A stretch of 63,923 nt of DNA, counting the filler, from Octopus bimaculoides (lineage: Eukaryota): assembly GCF_001194135.2 (NCBI RefSeq). It is 6 parts of 5 records of this genome, joined end to end, with 100 filler letters (N's around TTAATTAATTAA, not from the genome) between each part and the next. Parts side by side here need not be neighbours in the genome. Positions count along the whole stretch, not along the records: positions 1 to 20,322 come from NC_068987.1; positions 20,423 to 41,562 come from NC_068984.1; 4 more parts are not named here. One strand, 5' to 3'. The position numbers and the translations under genes are program-made. A model generated the notes under the pieces. The model was given only the letters and a program-made list of their open reading frames with translations, was not told the DNA's origin and did no database searches. Shown piece by piece: positions 10,595 through 21,826 of the stretch (within the stretch, counting starts at the first letter, position 1; each line of letters begins with the position of its first letter).

Positions 10595-12249
10595 TGGAAA
10601 AAAGTCATAATACTGNNNNNNNNNNNNNNNNNNNNNNNNNNNNNNNNNNNNNNNNNNNNNNNNNNNNNNNNNNNNNNNNNNNNNNNNNNNNGGGGGGGGG
10701 GGAGTAATTGCGTCCCATGTATTTGCTGCTAATCTATCTCTCTTCTATTTTGTATTAACATTCGATACACCTGAGAACAATCAATAGCCATTTTTTGTTC
10801 TCATTAACATGAACGAAATTCCCAAATATTAGGCAATCTAACAAAATGAGAACATTACACTGAATATCTTGCCAGTATTCTATTTGTCTACGTACTTTTT
10901 TTTTCCTTTAATAAGCTCATTTTCTTAGAAAACACTTTCACTTTATGGCCTAGGAAAACACCAGACAAATACTTTCACTTTCGTGAGATCAAGAAACGAA
11001 GTAACTATATCTTTTCTTTATAGTTTAGGCAGACTGTGAACAGGATATGGTCATTAGAACATCTGTCAGTCTATGTTTGTAAGGAGGAAAACGTGTGTAG
11101 GTAAGGATTCTTGAGGGTTGACGATTTTTCTTGGAGCAAAGGATTGGGGAGAGTTGTTTGCATTGAGCAAGGGGAAAAAAGATGGTATGGGTGAAAGTGT
11201 TACACAACTATTTAGGAGAAGTAGAGCCCATTACCTTATCTAGTAACCAGAGTGTGTTGGTGAGTGACTCTTTGTCAATCAGCTTTCTTTTTGGTTGCAT
11301 CCATGATGTCTGTGTAGTTATGTCATTGTTCAAGATGTTGGAGCAATATTACATTGCAGGTCATTTAAAGAACCAGTAGCTGGTTAGAGTTGAAGCTGTT
11401 TAGCACTAGGTCAACCACAATTTTGCCAATTTATGATTAAAGATACTCCACTCATGATCATCCTGTTTTGTTTTCAGACATGATATGTCTGAGACAATGT
11501 TATTCAGTATGTACTTCCTCATTTAAGACATTTTAAGCCTATAATTTGATGCCATATGAATTACAAATGACATCCCTGACTGTTATCTTTATGAATTTTG
11601 AAACTCTAATTAAAGTTGCTACTCAGGTAAATGAATTTGAAAAAGTTACTTATTTAAGAACATATTTAAATAATAAATAGGAAGTTTCTATGTTTTCAAC
11701 ATTAGAAACAATCTTAGTAGAGTTAAAAATGGGAATTACAAAAAATAGGGGGTAAGCTAATATTATTATATGGCTGAACATTCAAGGGAGGCAACTCCAA
11801 ACATCTGTACCTTATATTTTGTCAGTAGCTAGCTAAACTTATACTTCCACCAACAAAGCCCTAAAAACAGAAATGCTCAAAGTTGTCTCCCTTCTCTATT
11901 TGCCTCAAGAATAATTGTTTGCTAATCCTGCCATGATGCATCAATAAAACGCTACTGAAACAGATGTGAATTTTGAACCCCACTTGTGTCCTTTTGTACA
12001 TGCCAGTATGGACAATGAATGTTAAGTGATGATGATGATACACTACACTTGGATCCACCCCTGGGTTGGGTCTACAGTTTATATTGGATAGGTACCTATG
12101 CATATGTCTGTGTATTTACATATATATATATGTAAATCATATACTTTCCCCCCTACATTTCCACGTGTAGTTTCTAATTTGTTTTTGTAACATATTTCTA
12201 TTTTATACATACATATATATACATGACCAAACGCCAGCGTCATCACTGT

Positions 12250-12492
12250 TGTAAGTAGTTATTTCAACTTTATATTTTCTGACGCGACTCTATCTCTTTC
12301 TCTATCACTTTTTCTTCCTCCGTTACTACTACGTATCTCTCTTTACCCCTCTCGTTCTTCCTTCTGTTACTACTATATCTCTCACTTTCCCCCCTCGTAC
12401 TTCCTTCTGTTACTACTATATTCCTCTCTTCCTCTCTTTCTCTCGTTGCTCAAATATTCTACTTCCTCCTTTTGTTTCTCCCTCTACCACTC
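12250..12492. repeat. Interspersed repeat with ~43-bp internal tandem subunits; second copy inverted at 20423-20567
   Basis: TTACTACTACGTATCTCTCTTTACCCCTCTCGTTCTTCCT occurs about 3 times. Its reverse complement (AGATACGTAGTAGTAA..AGAGATAGAGT.GCGTC) is at 20423-20567. Confidence 0.65.
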
Positions 12493-12714
12493 NNNNNNNN
12501 NNGTCACATGCTTCCGGTCACTAATCCTTTTCTTCCTTGGCTATCGCCAAGCAAACACACGAACTTACTTCGTCCCCACTTTCAAGTTCGTGCCTCACAG
12601 CGTTCATATACACATAATTTTTCACGTCTGGCCGCATAGCCTTTTCCGTTTGTTTTCCTGTCTTGTTTTTTGTCGGCGACTACATTCCTCCATGGCACAG
12701 GTTTAATTTGCGTC

Positions 12715-12865
12715 CTGCCTAACTCTTCGAAACGCTGGTGTTAAAACGGGGGTAGCTGATGAAGGAAAATGTTCTCTATGTGGCTTGTGTGTTTTCTGTA
12801 CTCTGGTTATTATTATTTTCTTGTCTACGTTTTGTTTGCAATGTCCTGTACCCAGATATGCACCT
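12715..12865. repeat. Interspersed repeat, related copy at 55790-55950
   Basis: Both copies share CTCGAAA..., CTGATGAAGG..TTCT.TATGT and GTCCTGTACCCA.AT in the same order. Confidence 0.45.
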
Positions 12866-13155
12866 ATATACACAGGTAGACGTAGGTATGCACATACCTG
12901 TACGTATATATGCATATACTCATTTATTATTTGTTTTTATATATACATATATATATAGGTAGGTAGGTAGGTAGGCAGGCAGGCAGGCAGGTAGGTAGAT
13001 AGATAGATAGATGTGTGTGTGTATATGCATACATTATACTACCAAAAAATGACAAGAGTTGCTTCAGCGTAATATATGGTCAGTACTCGGCCAATCCTAA
13101 TGCTGATATACCTAGATTCTAATGAATCCTGAAACTCATCTTCTGTCTGCCTCTA

Positions 13156-13266
<111 letters not shown>

Positions 13267-13510
13267 AAAATGATGTATGTATTATACTTAATGTTGAAAG
13301 GCAAATCTCATGTGGCTGGCTGTGAGTACACACTACTGATGAGGTGCAATGAGGTCAGAAATGTATTTGACATTCTCACTAACCACTGTTGGGATGATTT
13401 TTCTCTCCCTCCTATATACATTGTGTTTTTAAACTCATTACATCCATGCAAAATGTTATCTCTGGATGAATAAATACCAAAATAAATTCACCTTTTTATA
13501 ATGTATTTAC

Positions 13511-13722
13511 ATTGGTTTCAAACTTTGGCTCAAGGCCAGCATTTTCAGAGGAGGGGCCAAGTTGATTACATCAACCCCAGTACTCAATTAGTACTTATTT
13601 TTTTGACCCTGAATGGATAAAATCAAAGTTGGCCTCAGTAGAATTTGAACACAGAATGCAAGGATGGATGAAATACCATCGAGCACTTTGCCTAGCATGC
13701 TAACGATTTTGCCAGCTTGCCA
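13511..13722 (-). mobile_element. SINE family A (CpG-decayed)
   Basis: Full-length reverse complement of family A. Confidence 0.8.
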
Positions 13723-14309
13723 CTTTATACGATATATTTACATTAAGTGTGATACACTACTTCTATTGTATGTAACGTTTTTTTTTTATCTCGCTGGGTG
13801 GCTATTTGCAATACCAGTAAATGTTTTTCACTGTTCTCCTATTACTCAGAGGTGACAATCCTGTCTAAGCACATAACTGGATATGAGTACCCAGCATTGA
13901 TAAGGCCCACTAACTGCTGCTGGGATGATTTTTCTCTAACTCTCATATAGATTGTTTACAAGTACAGCGCATCCATAAGAAATGTTTTCTCTAGACCAGT
14001 GCTCTGCAACTGGTATGCCACGAGAGGATGCTAGACATGCTGCAGTGTAACCTGAATATAATTTTTTCCCTAAACTTTTAGTTATATTTTTAGTTCAGGT
14101 GTGTCACTGAATTCTGAAAAGAATATAAGCATGCTGCAAGTGAAAATATATCAGTAAATCTGCCTTTCAATAATGTATTTACAATTAACATTAAATATGA
14201 GACATAGACAGCTATTATAATTTAAAACTGCTTCTGTTGCATATAATGGATTATACATACACGCACACACACACACACATATATAGGCAAGGCTATATGA
14301 TTTGAAGAA

Positions 14310-14902
14310 GGTGTTCTGATGGTCACAGAGTTTCCACATGAAGTGAGACAGAGAGGTGGAGTTTTCTCTAATCCTGCACCTGAAGGAGTGCATGTGCTGT
14401 GTATACCTTCTTTTCAAATTGTTAGCAATCATGTTCATATAGTGTCTTGGGATGCCATCTGATGCTGTGAGAGTTGCTCCATAGACTAAAGCCATTGAGA
14501 GACAGGATCCTTCCAGTAAGCAGTTGGTAGGATTTTGGTAGTTACAAGTTAGGTTAGAGGTTGTAGTGTGTGATGTTGTCTAAGCAGAGTTAACTGACCT
14601 TATCATTGTAAAGATTGAAGAGTTTATAATTCCTATAAGTTCTGGGAAAATGTTTTTTAATAATAGCTATGTTAGTTGAAGTAATTTTGGTGGGGTATCT
14701 TTCATATATTCTAACTTATCAGTAAAGCTACTTCTCTTTAATGCCTTATTGTAGTGAGGCCCACCCAGTTGAAGACCTCTCTGTTCACTAGTACAATAGA
14801 AATTCTTCTACTTATTCCTGTCACTAAGTTTCTAATTACAGCTGTAGGTGTCATTAGAATGTCTTGGAATATAAACAGTTTCCTCATTAGACCTTCAGTA
14901 TA
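14310..14902 (-). mobile_element. Penelope-like element fragment (RT thumb, linker and GIY-YIG endonuclease)
   Basis: YIPRHSN, TAVIRNLVTGISRRIS, KHFPRTYRNYKLFN..KVS*LCLDNI, NCLLEGSCLSMALVYGATLT..HYM..NNLKRRYTQHMHSFR..ENSTSLSHFMWKL follow the PLE RT-linker-GIY-YIG layout. Confidence 0.75.
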
Positions 14903-14904
14903 TA

Positions 14905-16126
14905 CAGAGTGTAATGGGTAAATAGTCGCCATTTTATATTTTTAATTTTGCGTGTACACATTGTTTTTGATTTTATTGACCACACAGTGTTGTAGGGTCA
15001 GTTGGGCACTGTCTGTGAGAAAAACAGCACCATGACCCAATTCACTGTCAGAAATTTGGAAATGACATGCTGTACTGCTTGGCATTCATGCCAGAAGCTC
15101 CAAGACAAACATTTCAGTGTTTGGGTGTCACACAGAGGATTTGAAAAGAGTTGGATGAGTCTAATGGTGATTACAAAGGTACGGCAGGTCGGAAAACTCA
15201 CTCGTATTGTTCTGATAAGAAAAGAACTCCTGAATTTGTTGGTGAGATCCACGCTATGATTGACAACGATCCCTCCAAGTCAATCAGGGACATGGGAGTG
15301 TTTGAGTTTCTTATCATGAAGACATTCGATATTCCTCATACAAGATGAGAAAGGGCCAATTTTTATCCCAAGCCATCAAGGATAAGAGGAAAGACTGCAC
15401 TATGAAGCTTTTGAACAAACTCAAGCTTCCCCTCCAACCAAACATGCTTTGATTTTTCTCAGACAAGAAAAATTTCTGCTAGGATCAGATGCTGAACGCA
15501 CAGAGCAACTGTTGGCTTGCTGTGTCTCCTAAACATACTGAGAGTGATAAAAATGAAATATCCAGTCAACATCATGGTGTTTGGAGTGATAATATTATGC
15601 CTCCATTCATCTTCCCCCATGGCCTCACACTCAACACAGAGGCCTGGAAGAGGTAGTACTGCCCTAGCTCAATAGGGTGGCTGCTGGAAGACCCTACATC
15701 TGGCAACATGACTCTGTACCATGCTACACAAACAAGAGAACCTAGTCATGGCTATTAGACATTTTCTGCAACCATATCACCCCCTAACATCTGGCCACGT
15801 AACTGCAACCTCCTTGATTATTGTGTGGGACGCAGTTGAGTGAGAGGCCAACATAACTCCCTGTAACACCAAAGACAAACTGAAGGTAAGGATTATGGCA
15901 GCATTCACCAACTTAAACAAGGAGACCATCCAGAAGAGTTGCAGGAGATTCTGTAGTTGTCTGGAGGCCGTGTTTGAAGCCAATGGTGATTTTATTGAAT
16001 AAATTTACTCTTTAGTATTTCAAGATATTTTTTATGTAATTTTGGTAAATATATCTGTTAAAATGAGATGTCAGTGTTAGTTTCATTTCTGCATAATTTA
16101 GATGACAATTTATTCACCGCACCCTG
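14905..16126 (+). mobile_element. Tc1/mariner transposon, maT (D,D37D)-like, near full length and decayed
   Basis: TA flanks at 14903-14904 and 16127-16128. Imperfect ~29-bp TIRs CAG(A/G)GTG..(G/A)TAAAT.GTC. Broken transposase 15032-16002 with FFSDKKNF, NIMVFG, WQHDSVP, IWP..N.LDYCVW, ANGDFIE*. Confidence 0.85.
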
Positions 16127-16384
16127 TATATGTATGTATATCATCAACATAGTTTTAAATTCCATTTTTCCATGCCTGATTGTGTTTTGTGGAGCAGATT
16201 CTCTATACCCAGATGTTTTTTGCCTGTTTTCAAGTACAGTGATATTTCCCTTTGGCCAGACATGTTTTCACAGAAGATTGGAAATGAATGACAGTGATAC
16301 TTGCATTTAACACTTATGTGATACAAGACAAGACACTCACATACATATGCACAAACCTGTGGAGTTGATAGGCCTACCACAGTG

Positions 16385-16600
16385 ACATCTCAGTCCCCTA
16401 CAGACACTCCCACACTGAGTGGGATGGTGGTCTGGAGCTCATCTAGACTGAGTAGACCTCCAATGTTGGCCACAGGCCAGGCATCAATCCAGTCCTCCTG
16501 GTGAGAGAGAGGAAGGAGATCGTCTGAACAGAAACCTATCTTGAATGCTTGGAATAGAGTGGACTCAATGTGTGAAACTAGACAGTGGGTAATCCAATAT
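16385..16600 (-). mobile_element. CRE-like retrotransposon internal fragment
   Basis: The Met-less open frame HQEDWIDAWPVANIGGLLSLDELQTTIPLSVG resembles the post-RT AWL.A.P...LG.LL....LRIA..LRLG segment of CRE-like ORFs (recalled, not searched). Confidence 0.5.
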
Positions 16601-17061
16601 CCATCTGTCTTGCTTTATATCCTGCAAAATATTTGAGTAGGTGGAAAAATAGCAAAGTATATAATGCTTAAAAACGGATGTATGTTGATGTCAGCACATG
16701 TGTGTAGAACATACTAACAAGTGAAAATTATCATTAGTAATATAGATAAGAATAACAAGAACCCACTTCCCACAATCATATACCAGTACATGATTCATAA
16801 CCTACAATGCAATTAAACTACAACAGCAATACTGTTCACAGGAACTGCAGTTTATAAAATGTCATCTACTCTCACAGAATATTCCTCTAACAACCAGGTA
16901 AACATGAGCAACACAAAGAAGTGATATGAAAGACATGGAAATAACTGATTAATAATTAATGTACTGAATATATTTAGTATATTTTTACCACTTAGTGCAA
17001 GACCCTTTAGTAATTGGATTTCTGATTTACATTTCAAAAGGTGATTTTTTTAATATATGTA

Positions 17062-17100
17062 CTAGCAGAGATATCCAGCACTGCTCAGGATTAAAATGGT
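17062..17100 (-). mobile_element. Helitron 3' terminus relic
   Basis: Minus strand has the hairpin ATCCTGAGCAGTGCTGGAT, then CTAG followed by T; similar to the terminus at 18511. Confidence 0.55.
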
Positions 17101-17121
17101 ATAGTTTTTTTAGTGTTTTTC

Positions 17122-17305
17122 TTGCTTTGGTCATGTGATTACAGACATGCTGGAGCACTGCCTTTAGTCAAAAAAATCAATGCCAGGATTTATTCTTTGT
17201 AAGCCCAGTACTTACTCTATCAGAGTGTTTTGCCAAACGGCTATGTCACAGGGATGTAAACACAGCAACATCGGTTGTCAAGTGATGGTGGGGGTACAAA
17301 CACAG
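17122..17305 (-). mobile_element. SINE family B (CpG-decayed)
   Basis: Same family as 23796 and 28598 (CATGCTGGAGCAC.GCC..TTATTCTTTGTAAGCC.AGTACTTA..AACACACCAACATCGGTTGTCAAG). Strand is inferred from the GATAGAATAAGTAC core. Confidence 0.75.
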
Positions 17306-17319
17306 ACAGACAGACAGAC

Positions 17320-17359
17320 ACACGCACACATACACACACATGCATACATATATATACAT

Positions 17360-17408
<49 letters not shown>

Positions 17409-17659
17409 AACATATGTATATACATATATGTATATATATACATATATATATATATACAAATATGTATATATATACCTTTATATACATATATATGTATGTA
17501 TATATACATATATATGTATGTATATACATATATATATATGTATATACACATATATATATGTCTATATACATATATATGTATATATACATACATACATATA
17601 TATATATATGTATATACACATATATATGTCTATATACATATATATATATGTATATATAC

Positions 17660-17692
<33 letters not shown>

Positions 17693-17736
17693 TAGATATA
17701 TATGTATATATACATACATATATATATGTATAGATA

Positions 17737-17767
<31 letters not shown>

Positions 17768-17800
17768 GTTTGTATACATATACACATATATATGTATATA
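17320..17800. repeat. Long degenerate (TA/CA/TG)n microsatellite
   Basis: Directly visible; it generates the spurious YIYI ORFs. Confidence 0.95.
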
Positions 17801-18415
17801 TTTAATTTTCTAAGTTTGATATATGTATGCTAATCTATATTTGTAATTTATAATTTTTAATTCTTTAATTCTCAATTTTGTAAAGTTTATTTTCTTAATT
17901 TTTAATTTAACGCTTAATTATTATGATGATTTAAAATAGCTGAACAATATTATGAAAAATGAATCTGAAGAATGTGATGGTAGAATTATAAATATGATCA
18001 TTACATATATTCTGATCTTCCTATACAGAAACACGTGTAGTTCCTATATAATTATAATTTTAACTTAAATAAGGGCTAATTAAGGTAGTATATCTTATAT
18101 CCTGTTATTGTACTGGTTTTATCCTCAAGTATTATTTATTGATGTGCATATAAATACCACGAATTTTCCATCATAAATACTTGTATTCTTTTTGCATTAT
18201 CTAAAATGGAATACCAACAAATCTATTGATTGAAATCCCAATAGCTGACCTATATATATATATATATAATTATTTAAAATTATAATACAGGGTATCAAGG
18301 GATACCACCACGCTGNNNNNNNNNNNNNNNNNNNNNNNNNNNNNNNNNNNNNNNNNNNNNNNNNNNNNNNNNNNNNNNNNNNNNNNNNNNNNNNNNNNNN
18401 NNNNNNNNNNNNNNN

Positions 18416-18459
18416 TAGCATGGAAAGCGGACGTTAAATGATGATGATGATGATGATAT
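18416..18459 (+). mobile_element. SINE/RTE-type 3' tail with (GAT)n
   Basis: TAGCATGGAAAGCGGACGTTAAATGATGATGAT, same tail as 8986-9153. Confidence 0.65.
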
Positions 18460-18510
18460 ACATATGTATATATACATATTTATATGTATATATACATATG
18501 TATATGTATA

Positions 18511-19722
18511 CTAGCAGTATAACCCGACATTGTCCGGGTGTGACTTATTACGCCATCTACGATAAGTCTTGCTAGGTGAAAATCAACTAAAAAGAAAGCC
18601 TTACAACAAAAAACCCTTATGATGTAAATATGTTCATAATTCAAAAGACGATGAAATTAATAGGAAAGTCTGAAGGCTGTTTTGCGTAATATTATTAAGT
18701 GTACGTAAATTTCATCTGTCTAATTGGCTATACAAATGCTTGTGCAAAACAACTTTTTGCGCTGCCCTGATTATACATAGCAGGGTAATCCCTTTTCGCA
18801 GGAGCTAGGACGGAAATTTCTGATGAAGCAATTGCTGGAGATCTGTTGCTACACAATTCTGCCAGAATTCTATCAGATTGGGCAGTAGATGTTGATGCAC
18901 CATTTTGCATTATGTTCAAAGTAGCTTCTGGAATGTGGTGAATTGCTGCAGTCTGTTGCTGTCTTTTTAAACCAGTTGCTTTCTTTCCCCAGCAAGCTCT
19001 CTTCTTTGGAGGCATAATCTATGTTAAACAGAACAGCAAAAGTTATAACAGATGGGTCGGTAGTTTTCACATTTCAGCGATTTTTCAGATTAACACCCGC
19101 ACGATTACCTAACCCTAACCCTAAAACCCTAAACCTAACCCTAACCCTAAACCCTAGTGAAAATCGTGCGGATGTTAATCTGAAAAATTACCCACATTTC
19201 TAATGAAGTTCACTGATTTGCAATGTGTTGTCCTGTCTACATAAGCTCCGTAGTTTGTATATTTACAAAACATTGACAAACATGAGTTATATTGTAGTGA
19301 ATGCTTGTGTGTACGTGCATGTGTATGCGTTTGAGAGAGCGAGAGAGAAGAGGGAGAGAGGAAGAGAGAGAGGGGGAGAAAGGAATAGAGAATGTAAGCA
19401 ATGAAGAGAGAGAACGAGAGGAAGGGAGAACGGAAGACAGTTATAAAATAGCAACGTGTGCAAGTGTTTATATAAGAAACACACACAAAGTAAATCTTAT
19501 ATCTATAATGTTGATGTGTGTATGTGTTTATGTGTATGTTGTTACAGATCACGTATGTGTGGTTGTGTGTGTTTTTACGTTTCTAAAAAATATGTTAGAG
19601 GTAGAGGGATAGAAGAAAGCTATTAAATGGGAGAGAGGAAGAATGAAGTAAGAGTGAAAAGGTAGATAGAAGGAAAGAATAGACTTAAACAAAGTTAATC
19701 TATGACTTTGTATGTATCACTT

Positions 19723-19796
<74 letters not shown>

Positions 19797-20084
19797 TTTT
19801 ACTCTTACTCTCTATATTATATGTTGAGCATGTGATCGATGTGTAAGAATGCCGTTTCAGATAGAATGGAAGAAATATACAAGTTGCTAGAAACAAAAGC
19901 TAAATCTCCCTTAAATCACACAAAGTAAAGGGAATTTAAAAAATCTAATTACTGCACTGGAAAGTTCATATTGAGAAAATTCCATTGATGTAAAAATTTT
20001 TACAAAAAAGTGGAAAATGTGGATTTCTATAAACTTTTAAAAAGGCTTCACAAAGACACACATCTTCAGCTTTATATATTAAGA
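18511..20084 (-). mobile_element. Non-autonomous Helitron (~1.57 kb)
   Basis: Minus strand: A|TCTTAATATATAAAG 5' end at 20084; 3' hairpin ACCCGGACAATGTCGGGT (18522-18539) followed by CTAG|T at 18511, which is the canonical A|TC...hairpin-CTRR|T structure. The internal ORF MPPKKRACWGKK (19015) resembles basic Helitron N-termini. Confidence 0.75.
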
Positions 20085-20249
20085 TATATACATATATATA
20101 TGTATATATATGCATATATACACATATGTGTATATATACGTGTGTATATGTACATATACATATGTATATGTATATATATACATATATATATATGTATATA
20201 TGCATATGTATATGTATATATATACGTATATATATATATACACACGTAT

Positions 20250-20322
<73 letters not shown>

Positions 20323-20366
20323 NNNNNNNNNNNNNNNNNNNNNNNNNNNNNNNNNNNNNNNNNNNN

Positions 20367-20378
20367 TTAATTAATTAA
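20367..20378. other. Artificial scaffold linker TTAATTAATTAA inside an N run (also 41607-41618, 53199-53210, 56748-56759, 61692-61703)
   Basis: The identical 12-mer has stops in all six frames and is centred in an N44-12-N44 block of 100 bp, five times. Confidence 0.95.
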
Positions 20379-20573
20379 NNNNNNNNNNNNNNNNNNNNNN
20401 NNNNNNNNNNNNNNNNNNNNNNGAGATACGTAGTAGTAACAGAGGAAGAACGAGAGGGGTAAAGCGAGATACGTAGTAGTAAAGAGGAAGAACGAGAGAG
20501 GGAAAAAAGAAAGAGAAAGAGATAGAGTAGCGTCGGAGGATATAAGTTTACGAAAACTACTTACAGTTGGAAG

Positions 20574-21826
20574 TTGGTTTCGCAACAAAGTTCCCGCCGT
20601 TTATTTTTTTATTAAAATTTTTTTAAATATTTAATAAAAAATAACAACTAATTAATCAATAATGTATTCACCCTTGTTGTTTGCAACTTCTTCCCCACGT
20701 TCAACAAGATTTTCAATACCTCGTTGGTAGAAATCACCCGATTTCGATTCGAAAAATTGATCCAATCAAGCCCTCAATTCCGCATCAGCATTGAACGAAA
20801 CTCCGCTCGTAGCTTTTGAAAGAGATCGAAAGAGGTGGAAATCCATTGGTGCCAAATCAGGAGAATACGGCTCGTGTGGCAGCACTTCCCAACCATGGGT
20901 TTGAATGGCTTTCTTGGTCATATTAGTGATATGAGGGAGGGTGTTGTCGTGCAGAAGACAAACTCCATGCAGCCGATTATGTCTTTTCTCTTCAATAGCC
21001 GTGTTGAGTCGTTCCATCTGTTGAACATAGAGTCCCGCATTCACCGTTTGGCTCCTTTCAAACAATGTGTAATGGATAAACTCTTCCCAGTCCCATACGC
21101 ACAACATCGTTTTACGTGGATGAAGATCATGCTTCATGCGCGGTCTCACTTGATTACTGGGTCTAAGCCGTTCCTTACGCTGCTTCATATTCATGTACAG
21201 GCACAAGTTTCGTCGCCAGTAACGATTCGGTAAAGAAATCATTGTTTGTGTCCATGAGTTGAGCGGCGACGAGCAAGCAAACCAGCGGAGATTTTGGCTC
21301 GTTGATTTTTGTTGTTGTCACTTCGAACATGCGGAACCCATGCTCCATACTTGTGAAACTTTCCCCTCGAGTGAAGATGCTTCTCTATAGCAGTGTGGGA
21401 ACATTCCATTTACTCTTCCAGTTCCTTTGGCGTTTCACGAGAATTTTCGGGCAAAAGTTGGTTTAATCGTTCTTCATCGTTCTCAACTGAATGACCAAAA
21501 TGAGGTGCGTATTTGAGGTCATAATTTCTATTTTTTAAATTGGCATACCAATCACAAGCGGTTCTTTCAGCTATGGCATCCTCACCATATACACCACAAA
21601 TGTCGCGAGCAGCTTTTGCGGCCTTAGAACCTTAATTACAAGCAAAAAGTAGGAAGTGTTGAAAATGCTCGTTTTTCTTAACTTGACAGTCCATTTTAAT
21701 GATCTGTAAATAAACTAAAATTAACTAGGAAAAAAAAAATTCCAAATTGATTCAAAAATAGAATTCTCGAAAAAAATAGTTTCCAAAATAAAAAAAAAAA
21801 ACGTGGGAACTTAGTTGCCAATCCCA
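20574..21826 (-). mobile_element. Mariner (D,D34D) transposon, near full length and decayed
   Basis: Transposase 21694 to 20652: MDCQVKKNEHFQHFLLFA, RIVTGDE, LHPRKTMLCVW, LLHDN..H, YSPDLAPMD (34 residues between D2 and D3), GEYIID*. TIR TGGGATTGGCAACTAAGTTCCC at 21826 with a degraded partner near 20574-20602. Confidence 0.92.

Noticed and set aside
12715-12770. GAAAC...CTGATGA order suggesting a type II hammerhead
   Set aside because: Stems I and II cannot be formed convincingly.
17180-17813. Multiple 60-170-aa ORFs rich in Y/I/H/T/C/V (also at 20.0-20.4, 22.8-23.3, 48.3-48.6 and 60.6-61.3 kb)
   Set aside because: Translations of (TA)n, (CA)n, (TATG)n and (GAAA)n microsatellites, which lack stop codons in some frames.
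19107-19160. True telomere or chromosome end
   Set aside because: Only ~9 degenerate units, internal, and enclosed by inverted repeats within a Helitron.
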